Below, piece by piece: positions 39,447-49,293 of a stretch of DNA of 64,000 bases. Source of the stretch: Escherichia phage vB_EcoM-S1P5QW; sequence record OL956808.1; one strand, 5' to 3'. The translations under genes were made by a program, and so were the position numbers. Within the stretch, counting starts at the first letter, position 1; each line of letters begins with the position of its first letter. The notes below the pieces were generated by a model. It was not told the DNA's origin, did no database searches, and saw only the letters and a list, made by a program, of their open reading frames with translations.

Positions 39447-39732
39447 AACGTATCGTCGTAAAGACTTAAAAGTGCGTGATTATGACTATTTCGGAAAGCG
39501 TAAAGCTCCTGATGGGGTAAGTCATAAAGATATGGTTGAAAACATTTTTCGCTCAGATAAATGGCGTAGAATGAAAGGTATTGATTCAGAAGTTAAAGAT
39601 GAGTTAAATCGTCAATTACGTGGTGAAGTAAGAAAGTTGAAAAAATCAGTTTACATTGACGATGATTTTGATTATAATACTTCTCAACGAGTTGCTAAAC
39701 GTAAATCAAACGAGTGTTATCGTTACAGCTGA
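39439..39732 (+). CDS. highly basic small protein
   Basis: 97 aa, Lys/Arg-rich. Confidence 0.45.
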   Translation: MGKTYRRKDLKVRDYDYFGKRKAPDGVSHKDMVENIFRSDKWRRMKGIDSEVKDELNRQLRGEVRKLKKSVYIDDDFDYNTSQRVAKRKSNECYRYS

Positions 39733-39739
39733 GGAAAAT

Positions 39740-39871
39740 ATGAATATCAAACGAATGCTTTTTAAGCAAGGGCTATATACTTTAAATGTTACTCCAAAAG
39801 GTGATACAACTAAGTGGTCAGTAAATGACTGGATTAAATTTATTGATGAAAACGGTAACTGGAAAATTTAA
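39740..39871 (+). CDS. hypothetical small protein
   Basis: 43 aa after RBS GAGGAAAA. Confidence 0.35.
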   Translation: MNIKRMLFKQGLYTLNVTPKGDTTKWSVNDWIKFIDENGNWKI

Positions 39872-40072
39872 ATGAATCCTGAATCTAAATTATCACAACG
39901 AATTGCCGAATCTCGTCGTCAGTTCTTTGAAAATATGATAGCCCAAGGTATTGATGATGAAGTTTTTCTAAACTGGTTTTGGAATCACAAATATTCGAGT
40001 TGCTCAGGAGCAATATTAATATCAGCCGCAATGATGTACGAAGGCTGGAAGGGTGCCAAAAAGTTTAGCTAA
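39872..40072 (+). CDS. hypothetical protein
   Basis: 66 aa, followed by GGGCTTCGGCCC hairpin. Confidence 0.45.
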   Translation: MNPESKLSQRIAESRRQFFENMIAQGIDDEVFLNWFWNHKYSSCSGAILISAAMMYEGWKGAKKFS

Positions 40073-40089
40073 GGGCTTCGGCCCTTTTT
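40072..40089 (+). terminator. GGGCTTCGGCCC hairpin plus T-run
   Basis: AGGGCTTCGGCCCT then TTTTT. Confidence 0.65.
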
Positions 40090-40124
40090 GGATAATAAAA
40101 TTTTAACGTAATTGAGGATAATGT

Positions 40125-40451
40125 ATGACTATTCAAATTAAAAACGTCATTAATTCTTACGCATATGATAAAGTAGTTTCTTTGCTAGAAAAAGGCGATA
40201 TTGTAACTCCTCAAATTTTGGATAAATGGGAAAAAGAGCTTCATCAAATGATGAAACAGAATGATCAGAAGATTGGACGCAATACTGTCCGTGAATTGTT
40301 GGTTCAATATATCTTGTCAGAATTTGATGTTAAAGCTTTTGGTGTAGAATCTAAAGCTTATCAAAAGCATGAAATTTCCGATAAAACTATTCGTCGCATG
40401 AAAAATCAACGCAAGAAAAAATTTGCAGACCTGAAAATTACTAAGGTATAA
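40125..40451 (+). CDS. hypothetical protein
   Basis: 108 aa, RBS GAGGA. Confidence 0.5.
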   Translation: MTIQIKNVINSYAYDKVVSLLEKGDIVTPQILDKWEKELHQMMKQNDQKIGRNTVRELLVQYILSEFDVKAFGVESKAYQKHEISDKTIRRMKNQRKKKFADLKITKV

Positions 40452-40453
40452 TT

Positions 40454-40669
40454 ATGAACGAAGCTCTTATTAACGATTTGCGTCTTGCCGGATATGAAGT
40501 AAATACAAATGGCATTGGTTTAACTCAAATTGAAGGAAACGGATTCATCCTTGAGTATGAATTTAGCCAATGGTGGTTATATGCCAATTACGGCGAATTG
40601 ATTGAATATGTTGATCAATTTGATTCATTAGATGCAGCTCTTGAAGCGGCTAAGTTGATGAATGTATGA
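40454..40669 (+). CDS. hypothetical protein
   Basis: 71 aa. Confidence 0.45.
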   Translation: MNEALINDLRLAGYEVNTNGIGLTQIEGNGFILEYEFSQWWLYANYGELIEYVDQFDSLDAALEAAKLMNV

Positions 40670-40935
40670 AATTTATTAATATTTCTATTACTATTGAAAA
40701 TTATGGCATTTTCTATGTTGACCAATACATGAAAATTTCATTTTTCCCAAATAAGACTGGTGTTGGATATTGGGAAAGCCATGTTTCTGAATTAAATGAA
40801 AGTGAATATGCTAGCACACATGAAAAGTTTTTAGACTTTTTATATCATGCTGATTTAACTAGTCATTATATAGATATTCATGAATTTAAAAAGATGATGG
40901 AGAAAGTATTCCAAGCATACTGCTTACTTAGATAA
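40666..40935 (+). CDS. hypothetical protein
   Basis: 89 aa. Confidence 0.45.
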   Translation: MKFINISITIENYGIFYVDQYMKISFFPNKTGVGYWESHVSELNESEYASTHEKFLDFLYHADLTSHYIDIHEFKKMMEKVFQAYCLLR

Positions 40936-41013
40936 CTGATATCCTCTATGCTTTAAGATAGATCTTCAAATATTATGATATAATAGATCTATGAATTGAG
41001 CTAAGAGGTGAAA

Positions 41014-41571
41014 ATGTCAGAAACTAAGCCTAAATATAATTACGTAAACAATAAAGAGCTTTTACAAGCTATTATTGATTGGAAAACAGAATTAGCAAAT
41101 AATAAAGACCCAAATAAAGTAGTTCGTCAGAATGATACTATCGGATTGGCCATTATGCTTATCGCAGAAGGCTTATCTAAACGTTTCAACTTTTCAGGAT
41201 ACACCCAATCCTGGAAACAAGAAATGATTGCAGATGGTATAGAAGCTTCTATTAAGGGGCTTCATAATTTTGATGAAACGAAATATAAAAACCCACATGC
41301 ATATATAACTCAAGCTTGTTTTAATGCATTCGTCCAACGTATTAAAAAAGAACGTAAGGAAGTTGCAAAGAAATACAGTTACTTCGTTCACAATGTCTAT
41401 GACAGTCGTGACGACGATATGGTTGCGTTAGTAGATGAAACTTTTATTCAAGACATCTACGATAAAATGACGCATTACGAAGAATCAACCTATAGAACAC
41501 CGGGGGCTGAAAAGAAAAGTGTTGTAGACGATTCTCCTAGTTTGGATTTTTTATATGAGGCTAACGATTAA
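41014..41571 (+). CDS. 55: late-transcription sigma factor gp55
   Basis: 185 aa from [20 protein letters not shown], as recalled for T4 gp55. Confidence 0.92.
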
Positions 41572-41773
41572 CCTCTCCGGATTCTTGGAAGAAATACCTG
41601 AAGTTGAAGCTATTCCCTATTTGCTTAAAATGTATCTCAGGGAAGTTTTAGCTCTTGACATTGATATTGATCCAGAAAATCCGTATGATACCGCTTTTAA
41701 ATCTAATGGTGTAGAATTAAATTACAGGTATCATTTAACAGATGATGATTTTTATTTTATATTAGAGAAATAA
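41555..41773 (+). CDS. hypothetical protein
   Basis: 72 aa overlapping gp55 end. Confidence 0.4.
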
Positions 41774-41774
41774 T

Positions 41775-42092
41775 ATGACTGATAAACCCGAAATTAATGA
41801 TGAAGTGGAAAAGCTTATTTCTTCTATTGAAGAAAAGAACCGTCTTGAAGCAGAAAGAAAAGCAAATAAGTTATTGTCTAAAAACAAACGTGAACTGAAT
41901 CGTCTTTATAAGCACGCTCAGATCGCAGCTGAAAATAATAATTTTGCTCAATACGAATATGCTATCAAGAAAAGTCGGGATATTCTAAAACAGCCATATA
42001 ACGATGAACTCATCAGTATTCTTTGGAAGACTACTAGATCGCAAATTGAGGATATGATTGATGCTTACACACGTAAAATTCAAGCGTCTTAA
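41775..42092 (+). CDS. hypothetical coiled-coil protein
   Basis: 105 aa. Confidence 0.45.
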   Translation: MTDKPEINDEVEKLISSIEEKNRLEAERKANKLLSKNKRELNRLYKHAQIAAENNNFAQYEYAIKKSRDILKQPYNDELISILWKTTRSQIEDMIDAYTRKIQAS

Positions 42093-42264
42093 AATTAATG
42101 CAGGATTTACTGAATCTTTGAATGGTCATCTTTGTGTGAAAATTTCTGAAAAAGAATACCATGATAGTTCAATTAAAGAAGTTAATCCTCCTATTGTAAG
42201 AGCAGACCCTAATATGAAAGTGTGGGTTGATTCTTATCAAGTCAAAAAATGGTGGCAGTTATGA
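42058..42264 (+). CDS. hypothetical protein
   Basis: 68 aa. Confidence 0.4.
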   Translation: MMLTHVKFKRLKINAGFTESLNGHLCVKISEKEYHDSSIKEVNPPIVRADPNMKVWVDSYQVKKWWQL

Positions 42265-42267
42265 AAG

Positions 42268-42441
42268 ATGAACACCCAGACTTCTGAAATAGATTATAAT
42301 AAAATTCGTTCCTCTAAAGAGGAAATGATGAGACTCTTTAAAGAGTCTCATGATAAAGCTAAAGCAGAAGGAACTATAAAATATAAGCGCATAAAATTTA
42401 AAAGTTCTAACGAGCCTCTGTATGGCGTATTATGTGGATAG
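42268..42441 (+). CDS. hypothetical small protein
   Basis: 57-aa ORF below the cutoff; stop overlaps the AGGAGCTTCGGCTCCT hairpin. Confidence 0.35.
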   Translation: MNTQTSEIDYNKIRSSKEEMMRLFKESHDKAKAEGTIKYKRIKFKSSNEPLYGVLCG

Positions 42442-42507
42442 GAGCTTCGGCTCCTATATTGCTTTATAAATTTTTGGTAAAATAAACCAAAACAAAGAGG
42501 ATATTAA

Positions 42508-43710
42508 ATGAAAGTATGTATTTTTATGGCTCGAGGTCTTGAAGGTTGTGGTGTAACAAAATTCTCACTCGAGCAACGTGATTGGTTTATTAAAAATAGT
42601 CATGAAGTGACTTTGGTTTATGCTAAAGATAAATCATTTACTCGTAATTGCGCGCATGATTATAAATCATTTTCAATTCCGGTTTTATTGGCAAAAGAAT
42701 ATGATAAAACACTTAAGCTGGTAAATGATTGTGATATTCTAATTATCAATTCAGTTCCTGCTACTTCGGTTGAAGAAGACACGATTAATAACTATAAAAA
42801 AATTATTGATAACATTAAACCTTCTGTTCGTGTTGTAGTTTATCAACATGACCATTCTTCTCTTTCTTTGCGTCGAAATTTGGGATTAGAAGAAACTGTT
42901 CGTCGAGCTGATGTTATTTTTAGCCATTCTGATAATGGTGATTTTAATAAAGTTCTGATGAAAGAGTGGTATCCAGAAACTGTTTCTCTGTTTGATGATA
43001 TTGAAGAAGCACCGACCGTATATAACTTTCAGCCTCCTATGGATATTGCGAAGGTTCGATCAACCTACTGGAAAGATGTTTCTGAAATTAACATGAATAT
43101 CAACCGTTGGATTGGTCGTACGACTACATGGAAAGGTTTTTATCAGATGTTTGATTTTCACGAAAAACATCTTAAACCTGCAGGACTAAGTACTATTATG
43201 GAAGGTCTGGAACGTTCTCCAGCGTTCATTCCTATTAAAGAAAAAGGAATTCCATACGAGTATTATCGTCTTCATCAAGTAGACCAAATTAAAATTGCTC
43301 CTAATTTGCCAACGCAAATTCTTGACCGTTATGTAAATAGCGAAATGCTTGAACGTATGAGTAAATCCGGATTTGGTTATCAGTTGAGTAAGTTGGATAA
43401 AAAATATCTACAGCGCTCTTTAGAATATACTCATCTCGAGCTTGGTGCATGTGGAACAATTCCGGTATTTTGGAAATCTACTGGCGAAAATTTAAAATTC
43501 CGTGTTGATAATACTCCTTTGACCTCGCATGATAGCGGTATCATTTGGTTTGATGAAAATGATATGGAATCAACATTTGAACGTATTAAAGAACTGTCAT
43601 CTGACCGAGCTCTTTATGACCGTGAGCGAGAAAAAGCATATGAATTTTTGTATCAGCATCAAGATTCAAGCTTCTGCTTTAAAGAACAGTTTGACATTAT
43701 TACAAAATAA
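42508..43710 (+). CDS. a-gt: DNA alpha-glucosyltransferase
   Basis: 400 aa; close to recalled T4 alpha-gt (CIFMARGLEGCGVTKFSLEQRDWFIKN...). Confidence 0.9.
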   Translation: MKVCIFMARGLEGCGVTKFSLEQRDWFIKNSHEVTLVYAKDKSFTRNCAHDYKSFSIPVLLAKEYDKTLKLVNDCDILIINSVPATSVEEDTINNYKKIIDNIKPSVRVVVYQHDHSSLSLRRNLGLEETVRRADVIFSHSDNGDFNKVLMKEWYPETVSLFDDIEEAPTVYNFQPPMDIAKVRSTYWKDVSEINMNINRWIGRTTTWKGFYQMFDFHEKHLKPAGLSTIMEGLERSPAFIPIKEKGIPYEYYRLHQVDQIKIAPNLPTQILDRYVNSEMLERMSKSGFGYQLSKLDKKYLQRSLEYTHLELGACGTIPVFWKSTGENLKFRVDNTPLTSHDSGIIWFDENDMESTFERIKELSSDRALYDREREKAYEFLYQHQDSSFCFKEQFDIITK

Positions 43711-43730
43711 AGGGCTTCGGCCCTTTAGCT
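43711..43730 (+). terminator. GGGCTTCGGCCC hairpin
   Basis: AGGGCTTCGGCCCT immediately after alpha-gt stop. Confidence 0.55.
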
Positions 43731-43749
43731 TTATACGGAGTTTGATATA

Positions 43750-43890
43750 ATGATATTTCTTGGATATGTGATACTTTTTCTTGCATTTTATCTATTCACT
43801 AGAGCATGCTGGATTGGGTTCTTTAGCACTCCAGATGGATTTATTTCAATAATTTTATTTTGCATTTCAATGACGGTTCTTGATATATGA
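43750..43890 (+). CDS. small hydrophobic peptide
   Basis: 46-aa ORF almost entirely hydrophobic; stop overlaps gene 47 start. Confidence 0.35.
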   Translation: MIFLGYVILFLAFYLFTRACWIGFFSTPDGFISIILFCISMTVLDI

Positions 43891-44906
43891 AAATTTTAAA
43901 TTTAGGTGATTGGCATTTAGGCGTTAAAGCCGATGATGAGTGGGTTCAATCCATTCAGTTAGATGGAATTAAACAAGCAATAGAATATTCTAAGAAAAAT
44001 GGAATTACTACCTGGATTCAATATGGCGATATTTTTGATGTGCGAAAAGCAATCACGCATAAAACTATGGAGTTCGCTCGTGAAATAGTTCAAATGCTTG
44101 ATGATGCTGGTATTACCCTACATACTGTTGTAGGAAACCATGATATGCACTTTAAAAATACTTTAACTCCAAATGCCTCTACTGAGCTTTTGGCTAAATA
44201 TCCTAATGTTAAAGTATATGATAAGCCTACTACAGTAGATTTTGACGGATGTTTAATTGATTTAATTCCTTGGATGTGTGAAGAAAATACTGGTGAAATT
44301 CTCGAGCACATAAAAACTTCTTCTGCTTCTTTTTGTGTTGGTCACTGGGAACTGAATGGATTTTATTTTTATAAAGGAATGAAATCTCACGGTCTTGAAC
44401 CTGATTTCCTTAAGACTTATAAAGAAGTGTGGTCTGGTCACTTCCATACTATTTCTGAGGCTGCAAACGTCAAATATATTGGGACACCATGGACACTAAC
44501 TGCAGGTGACGAGAATGACCCTCGTGGGTTCTGGATGTTTGATACAGAAACAGAACGAATGGAATTTATTCCAAACAACACTACCTGGCATCGTAGAATT
44601 CATTATCCATTTAAAGGAAAAATTGACTATAAAGATTTTACAAATCTATCAGTACGTGTTATAGTAACTGAGGTAGACAAAAATCTGACGAAGTTCGAAT
44701 CTGAACTAGAAAAAGTTGTGCATTCATTACGAGTTGTGTCAAAGATTGATAACTCTGTCGAGTCAGATGACAGTGAAGAAGTTGAAGTTCAATCTCTTCA
44801 GACGTTAATGGAAGAATACATTAATGCAATTCCAGACATCACTGATTCTGATCGTGAAGCACTTATTCAATATGCAAATCAGTTATATGTAGAGGCAACA
44901 CAATGA
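43887..44906 (+). CDS. 47: recombination nuclease subunit gp47 (Mre11-like)
   Basis: 339 aa; phosphoesterase motifs DWHLG, GNHD, GHWE. Confidence 0.9.
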   Translation: MKILNLGDWHLGVKADDEWVQSIQLDGIKQAIEYSKKNGITTWIQYGDIFDVRKAITHKTMEFAREIVQMLDDAGITLHTVVGNHDMHFKNTLTPNASTELLAKYPNVKVYDKPTTVDFDGCLIDLIPWMCEENTGEILEHIKTSSASFCVGHWELNGFYFYKGMKSHGLEPDFLKTYKEVWSGHFHTISEAANVKYIGTPWTLTAGDENDPRGFWMFDTETERMEFIPNNTTWHRRIHYPFKGKIDYKDFTNLSVRVIVTEVDKNLTKFESELEKVVHSLRVVSKIDNSVESDDSEEVEVQSLQTLMEEYINAIPDITDSDREALIQYANQLYVEATQ

Positions 44907-45166
44907 TTTTTGATGAATTTAAAGATGTCATGATGAGTCAGCATTTTGAATGCGAAGTAAAAGATGATATTGGGCATAAAGAAATTATTGAATATTGGTT
45001 TGAACCGCTAGAAGTTGAAGATAATTGTATTAAAAAGGTTACAGTCTGCACTGACTGGGCTGTATCTTTTAACTTCAACATTTTAGATAATGACACACCT
45101 AAATCATTACGAGATATGGCTGTATCTTGTATTAAGGATGCATACTGTGAAGTTTTCGACATTTGA
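44903..45166 (+). CDS. hypothetical protein (possible 5' part of a frameshifted gene)
   Basis: 87-aa ORF; overlaps the next ORF by 77 nt in another frame. Confidence 0.4.
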   Translation: MIFDEFKDVMMSQHFECEVKDDIGHKEIIEYWFEPLEVEDNCIKKVTVCTDWAVSFNFNILDNDTPKSLRDMAVSCIKDAYCEVFDI

Positions 45167-45353
45167 CATTAATGATGAATTCATAGCAAATATTGATTAT
45201 ACCGAAGAAGATTCTAGATATGTTGGAATAATTTATATTACATCAAAAACAGCACAAGGTGTTGTTTGCATGGCTGAATTTGATGAATACTTTTTAGATT
45301 ATGATGATATGATAGAATGGTCTAAAAGATACATTAAAAGGAATCTTTTGTGA
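45090..45353 (+). CDS. hypothetical protein (possible 3' part of a frameshifted gene)
   Basis: 87-aa ORF ending 1 nt after gene 46 start; no convincing RBS. Confidence 0.35.
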   Translation: MTHLNHYEIWLYLVLRMHTVKFSTFDINDEFIANIDYTEEDSRYVGIIYITSKTAQGVVCMAEFDEYFLDYDDMIEWSKRYIKRNLL

Positions 45354-47032
45354 AGAATTTTAAACTAAACCGAGTTAGGTATCAAAATATAATGTCAGTA
45401 GGTGGAAATCCTATTGACATTCAATTAGATAAGGTTCAAAAAACTCTTATTACTGGCCGAAATGGCGGTGGTAAGTCTACTATGTTAGAAGCCATCACAT
45501 TTGGGCTTTTTGGCAAGCCATTTCGTGATGTAAAGAAAGGTCAATTAATAAACAGCACAAATAAGAAAGAACTTTTAGTTGAACTGTGGATGGAATATGA
45601 TGAGAAAAAGTACTATATCAAAAGAGGACAAAAACCGAACGTTTTCGAAATCACCGTTAACGGTACACGTCTTAATGAATCTGCCAGCAGTAAAGATTTC
45701 CAAGCAGAATTTGAACAGCTTATCGGAATGTCATATGCCAGTTTCAAGCAGATTGTTGTTCTTGGTACAGCAGGGTATACCCCTTTCATGGGTTTGTCGA
45801 CCCCTGCGCGAAGAAAGCTTGTGGAAGACCTGCTTGAGGTAGGAACATTAGCTGAAATGGATAAGCTTAATAAAGCACTAATACGTGAATTAAATTCACA
45901 AAACCAAGTGCTTGATGTTAAAAAAGATAGTATTATCCAACAAATTAAAATATATAATGATAACGTTGAACGCCAGAAAAAATTAACGGGTGACAACCTT
46001 ACTCGTCTTCAAAATATGTATGATGATTTGGCAAAAGAAGCTAGAACGCTAAAATCGGAAATAGAAGAAGCTAACGAAAGATTAGTTAATATTGTTTTGG
46101 ATGAAGACCCGACTGATGCATTTAATAAAATCGGTCAAGAAGCATTTTTAATTAAATCAAAAATTGATTCGTATAATAAAGTCATTAATATGTATCACGA
46201 AGGTGGATTATGTCCAACCTGTTTGTCACAATTAAGTTCCGGTGATAAAGTTGTTTCTAAAATTAAAGATAAAGTTTCTGAATGCACGCATTCATTTGAA
46301 CAGCTTTCAACACATCGTGATAATTTAAAAGTTCTTGTTGATGAATACCGAGATAATATTAAAACCCAGCAGACGTTGGCAAATGATATTCGCAATAAAA
46401 AGCAATCTCTAATCACGACGGTAGATAAAGCTAAAAAAGTTAAAGCAGCTATAGAAAAAGCATCATCCGAGTTTATTGACCATGCTGATGAAATAGCACT
46501 GCTTCAAGAAGAACTTGATAAAATTGTTAAGACAAAAACTAATTTAGTAATGGAAAAATACCACAGAGGAATTTTGACTGACATGCTCAAAGATTCTGGT
46601 ATTAAAGGTGCTATTATTAAAAAGTACATTCCATTATTTAATAAGCAGATTAACCATTATCTTAAAATAATGGAAGCGGATTATGTGTTTACATTAGATG
46701 AAGAATTTAATGAGACAATTAAATCCCGTGGTCGTGAAGATTTTAGTTATGCTTCATTTAGTCAAGGTGAAAAAGCACGAATTGATATTGCTCTTTTATT
46801 TACTTGGCGTGATATTGCTGAAAAAGTTTCAGGTGTTAAAATAAACACACTAATTCTTGATGAAGTTTTTGATTCAGCGACCGACGTTGAAGGTGTAAAA
46901 GCTATTTCAACTATTTTAGATAGTTTAAAAAATACTAATGTTTTTGTTATTTCACATAGAGACCATGACCCGCAAGCATACGGTCAGCATCTTCAAATGA
47001 AGAAAGTTGGTCGATTTACTGTAATGGTTTAA
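45350..47032 (+). CDS. 46: recombination nuclease ATPase subunit gp46 (Rad50-like)
   Basis: 560 aa; Walker A GRNGGGKST, central coiled coil with CPTC zinc hook, signature SQGE, Walker B LILDE. Confidence 0.92.
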   Translation: MKNFKLNRVRYQNIMSVGGNPIDIQLDKVQKTLITGRNGGGKSTMLEAITFGLFGKPFRDVKKGQLINSTNKKELLVELWMEYDEKKYYIKRGQKPNVFEITVNGTRLNESASSKDFQAEFEQLIGMSYASFKQIVVLGTAGYTPFMGLSTPARRKLVEDLLEVGTLAEMDKLNKALIRELNSQNQVLDVKKDSIIQQIKIYNDNVERQKKLTGDNLTRLQNMYDDLAKEARTLKSEIEEANERLVNIVLDEDPTDAFNKIGQEAFLIKSKIDSYNKVINMYHEGGLCPTCLSQLSSGDKVVSKIKDKVSECTHSFEQLSTHRDNLKVLVDEYRDNIKTQQTLANDIRNKKQSLITTVDKAKKVKAAIEKASSEFIDHADEIALLQEELDKIVKTKTNLVMEKYHRGILTDMLKDSGIKGAIIKKYIPLFNKQINHYLKIMEADYVFTLDEEFNETIKSRGREDFSYASFSQGEKARIDIALLFTWRDIAEKVSGVKINTLILDEVFDSATDVEGVKAISTILDSLKNTNVFVISHRDHDPQAYGQHLQMKKVGRFTVMV

Positions 47033-47050
47033 TTTATAAGAGATTATGCT
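47027..47050 (+). promoter_or_regulatory. candidate MotA-dependent middle promoter
   Basis: TGCTTTA box followed 11 nt later by TATAAT inside an inverted repeat. Confidence 0.45.
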
Positions 47051-47087
47051 TTAATTTATTAGAGTATAATCTCTATGGAGGAAAAAC

Positions 47088-47276
47088 ATGGAATATTCAA
47101 CTGGACAGCATCTATTAACTATTCCTGAAATAAAACGATATATTCTGAGAAATAATTTTTCTAATGAAGAGCATATAGTTACTGAATATATGCTTAGGAA
47201 TGCATTTAAAGCAGAATATACAAAAATAATGTCCAATAGAAATGAAGCTTGGACTGTTACTGATTATTATGACTAA
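47088..47276 (+). CDS. hypothetical protein
   Basis: 62 aa, RBS GGAGGAAAAA. Confidence 0.5.
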   Translation: MEYSTGQHLLTIPEIKRYILRNNFSNEEHIVTEYMLRNAFKAEYTKIMSNRNEAWTVTDYYD

Positions 47277-47285
47277 AGGTGTATT

Positions 47286-47675
47286 ATGACTAAAATTACT
47301 GTGAATTATACTGTTGATGTAAAAGATATTCAGCCAAAACACGTGCGTTCTGAATCAAATCCACAAAACCAAAATAAAATCCGTCGAGCATGGGTTTTGT
47401 CTCTTTCTGATAACGCAATGGAAGTTATTCAGAACAAAATTAAATCTGCACCTGCTCGTCATGCGTATTATGAAGCTATCGATCGTGAAGTAAGTAATAA
47501 ATGGATTGAACTAATGCGCAAACATACTACAGAATCTCTAAACGCCGGTGCTAAATTTATTATGACTTCATGTGGTGAACGCCTTGAAGATGATTATTGC
47601 GGTAATGCAGATGAACGTCTGATTGTTGCTGCACAAATTGTTGCGGAAACAATTGTGGCCGAGTTTAATAAATGA
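47286..47675 (+). CDS. rpbA: RNA polymerase binding protein RpbA
   Basis: 129 aa in the rpbA position between 46 and 45; length matches recalled T4 RpbA. Confidence 0.6.
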   Translation: MTKITVNYTVDVKDIQPKHVRSESNPQNQNKIRRAWVLSLSDNAMEVIQNKIKSAPARHAYYEAIDREVSNKWIELMRKHTTESLNAGAKFIMTSCGERLEDDYCGNADERLIVAAQIVAETIVAEFNK

Positions 47676-48559
47676 ATTTAGTATATCTTATTAGCTTTCC
47701 AGAGCGGGAAGCTAAAAATATTTTTCCGTGTTATTATATAGGTTCAAAAATTAACGCAATTTTCGATGGAACAAATATAATTGATTCAGCTGGAAAGATT
47801 TATACTGGAAGCGTGTCATCGAGTTATAGCGATGAATATTTTGAACTTATTAAAACCACTAAATATACCGTCAAAATTTTAGCTGAAACTATATTAGATC
47901 CAAGAAAATTGGAGAGATTTTTTCAATTAAAAGTTAAAGCAAAGAGTAATATAAAATATTTTAATAAAGCATACGCAGATGAAAATACTTTAATTGGTGC
48001 TAAAGGATATGGAACATATAAAAATGTTTTAACTGGAAAAATTGTAAAGCTTTCGCAATCTGAAATTACGCCTGAGTATGTCGGTATTCGTAAAGGTTAC
48101 AAACATAGTTCTGAAGTAAAATACAAAATATCTAATTCAATGAAGAATCACTGGACCGATGAGAAAAAGCTTAAACTCTCAAATAAGATGAAATTGAAAT
48201 ATCTTGATTGTAGTTATGCTAAAAAGTTTAGTGATATAATGAATTCAGAAAGTGTAAGATCAAAAATTTCTAAATCTCAAAAAGAATTATGGAATAATGC
48301 TGAAAGAAGACAGAGAGCTTCAATTCAAGCAACTGTTAGAAATAATTTACCGGAATTCAAATCAAAATTTAGAAAATCTAAAGCTAGAGGAACTTGGATT
48401 GAACATGAAGATGAATTAAAATCTTTATGGCATGCTTACGGAAAACCAAGTTATAATAAATTTCGTAAAATTGCAGTAGCTAATGGGTTTAACGACGAAT
48501 CTTATCAGGGTGCTGTACGGTCCTGGTCTAACTATTATGTAAATAGGAAATTGAAATGA
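47672..48559 (+). mobile_element. freestanding GIY-YIG homing endonuclease (Seg-like) between rpbA and gene 45
   Basis: 295 aa; GIY-YIG motifs (LVYLISF...CYYIGSK) and repeated NUMOD3-like C-terminal motifs; ATGA overlaps on both sides. Confidence 0.7.
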
Positions 48560-49242
48560 AATTATCTAAAGACACACTGAATATTTTGAAAAATTTCGCT
48601 ACTATTAACTCTGGCATTATGCTTAAATCAGGTCAATTTATTATGACTCGCGCAGTTAATGGTACAACTTATGCAGAAGCAAATATTTCTGACACTATTG
48701 ATTTTGATGTAGCGATTTACGATTTGAACGGTTTTCTCGGTATTCTGTCTCTAGTTAATGATGATGCAGAAATTTCCCAGTCAGAAGATGGAAATATTAA
48801 AATTGCTGATGCCCGCTCAACAATTTTTTGGCCAGCAGCCGATCCGAGTACAGTAGTTGCTCCTAATAAACCAATTCCATTCCCGGTAGCATCTGTTGTT
48901 ACTGAAATTAAAGCTGAAGACCTTCAACAACTGTTGCGTGTATCTCGTGGTCTGCAAATTGATACAATTGCTATCACGGTAAAAGAAGGTAAAATCGTAA
49001 TTAATGGTTTTAATAAAGTAGAAGATTCTGCTCTTACCCGTGTTAAATATTCTTTGACTCTTGGTGATTATGATGGTGAAAATACATTTAATTTCATTAT
49101 CAATATGGCAAATATGAAAATGCAACCAGGAAATTATAAACTTCTGCTCTGGGCAAAAGGTAAACAAGGCGCTGCTAAATTTGAAGGTGAACACGCGAAT
49201 TATGTAGTAGCTCTTGAAGCTGATTCTACCCACGATTTTTAA
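48556..49242 (+). CDS. 45: sliding clamp gp45
   Basis: 228 aa, N-terminus MKLSKDTLNILKNFATINSGIMLKSGQF as recalled for T4 gp45. Confidence 0.92.
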   Translation: MKLSKDTLNILKNFATINSGIMLKSGQFIMTRAVNGTTYAEANISDTIDFDVAIYDLNGFLGILSLVNDDAEISQSEDGNIKIADARSTIFWPAADPSTVVAPNKPIPFPVASVVTEIKAEDLQQLLRVSRGLQIDTIAITVKEGKIVINGFNKVEDSALTRVKYSLTLGDYDGENTFNFIINMANMKMQPGNYKLLLWAKGKQGAAKFEGEHANYVVALEADSTHDF

Positions 49243-49245
49243 TAG

Positions 49246-49259
49246 AGGGCTTCGGCCCT
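49246..49259 (+). terminator. GGGCTTCGGCCC hairpin
   Basis: AGGGCTTCGGCCCT between 45 and 44. Confidence 0.5.
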
Positions 49260-49293
49260 TTATAATTTACACTAAAACTTGAATGAGGAAATT

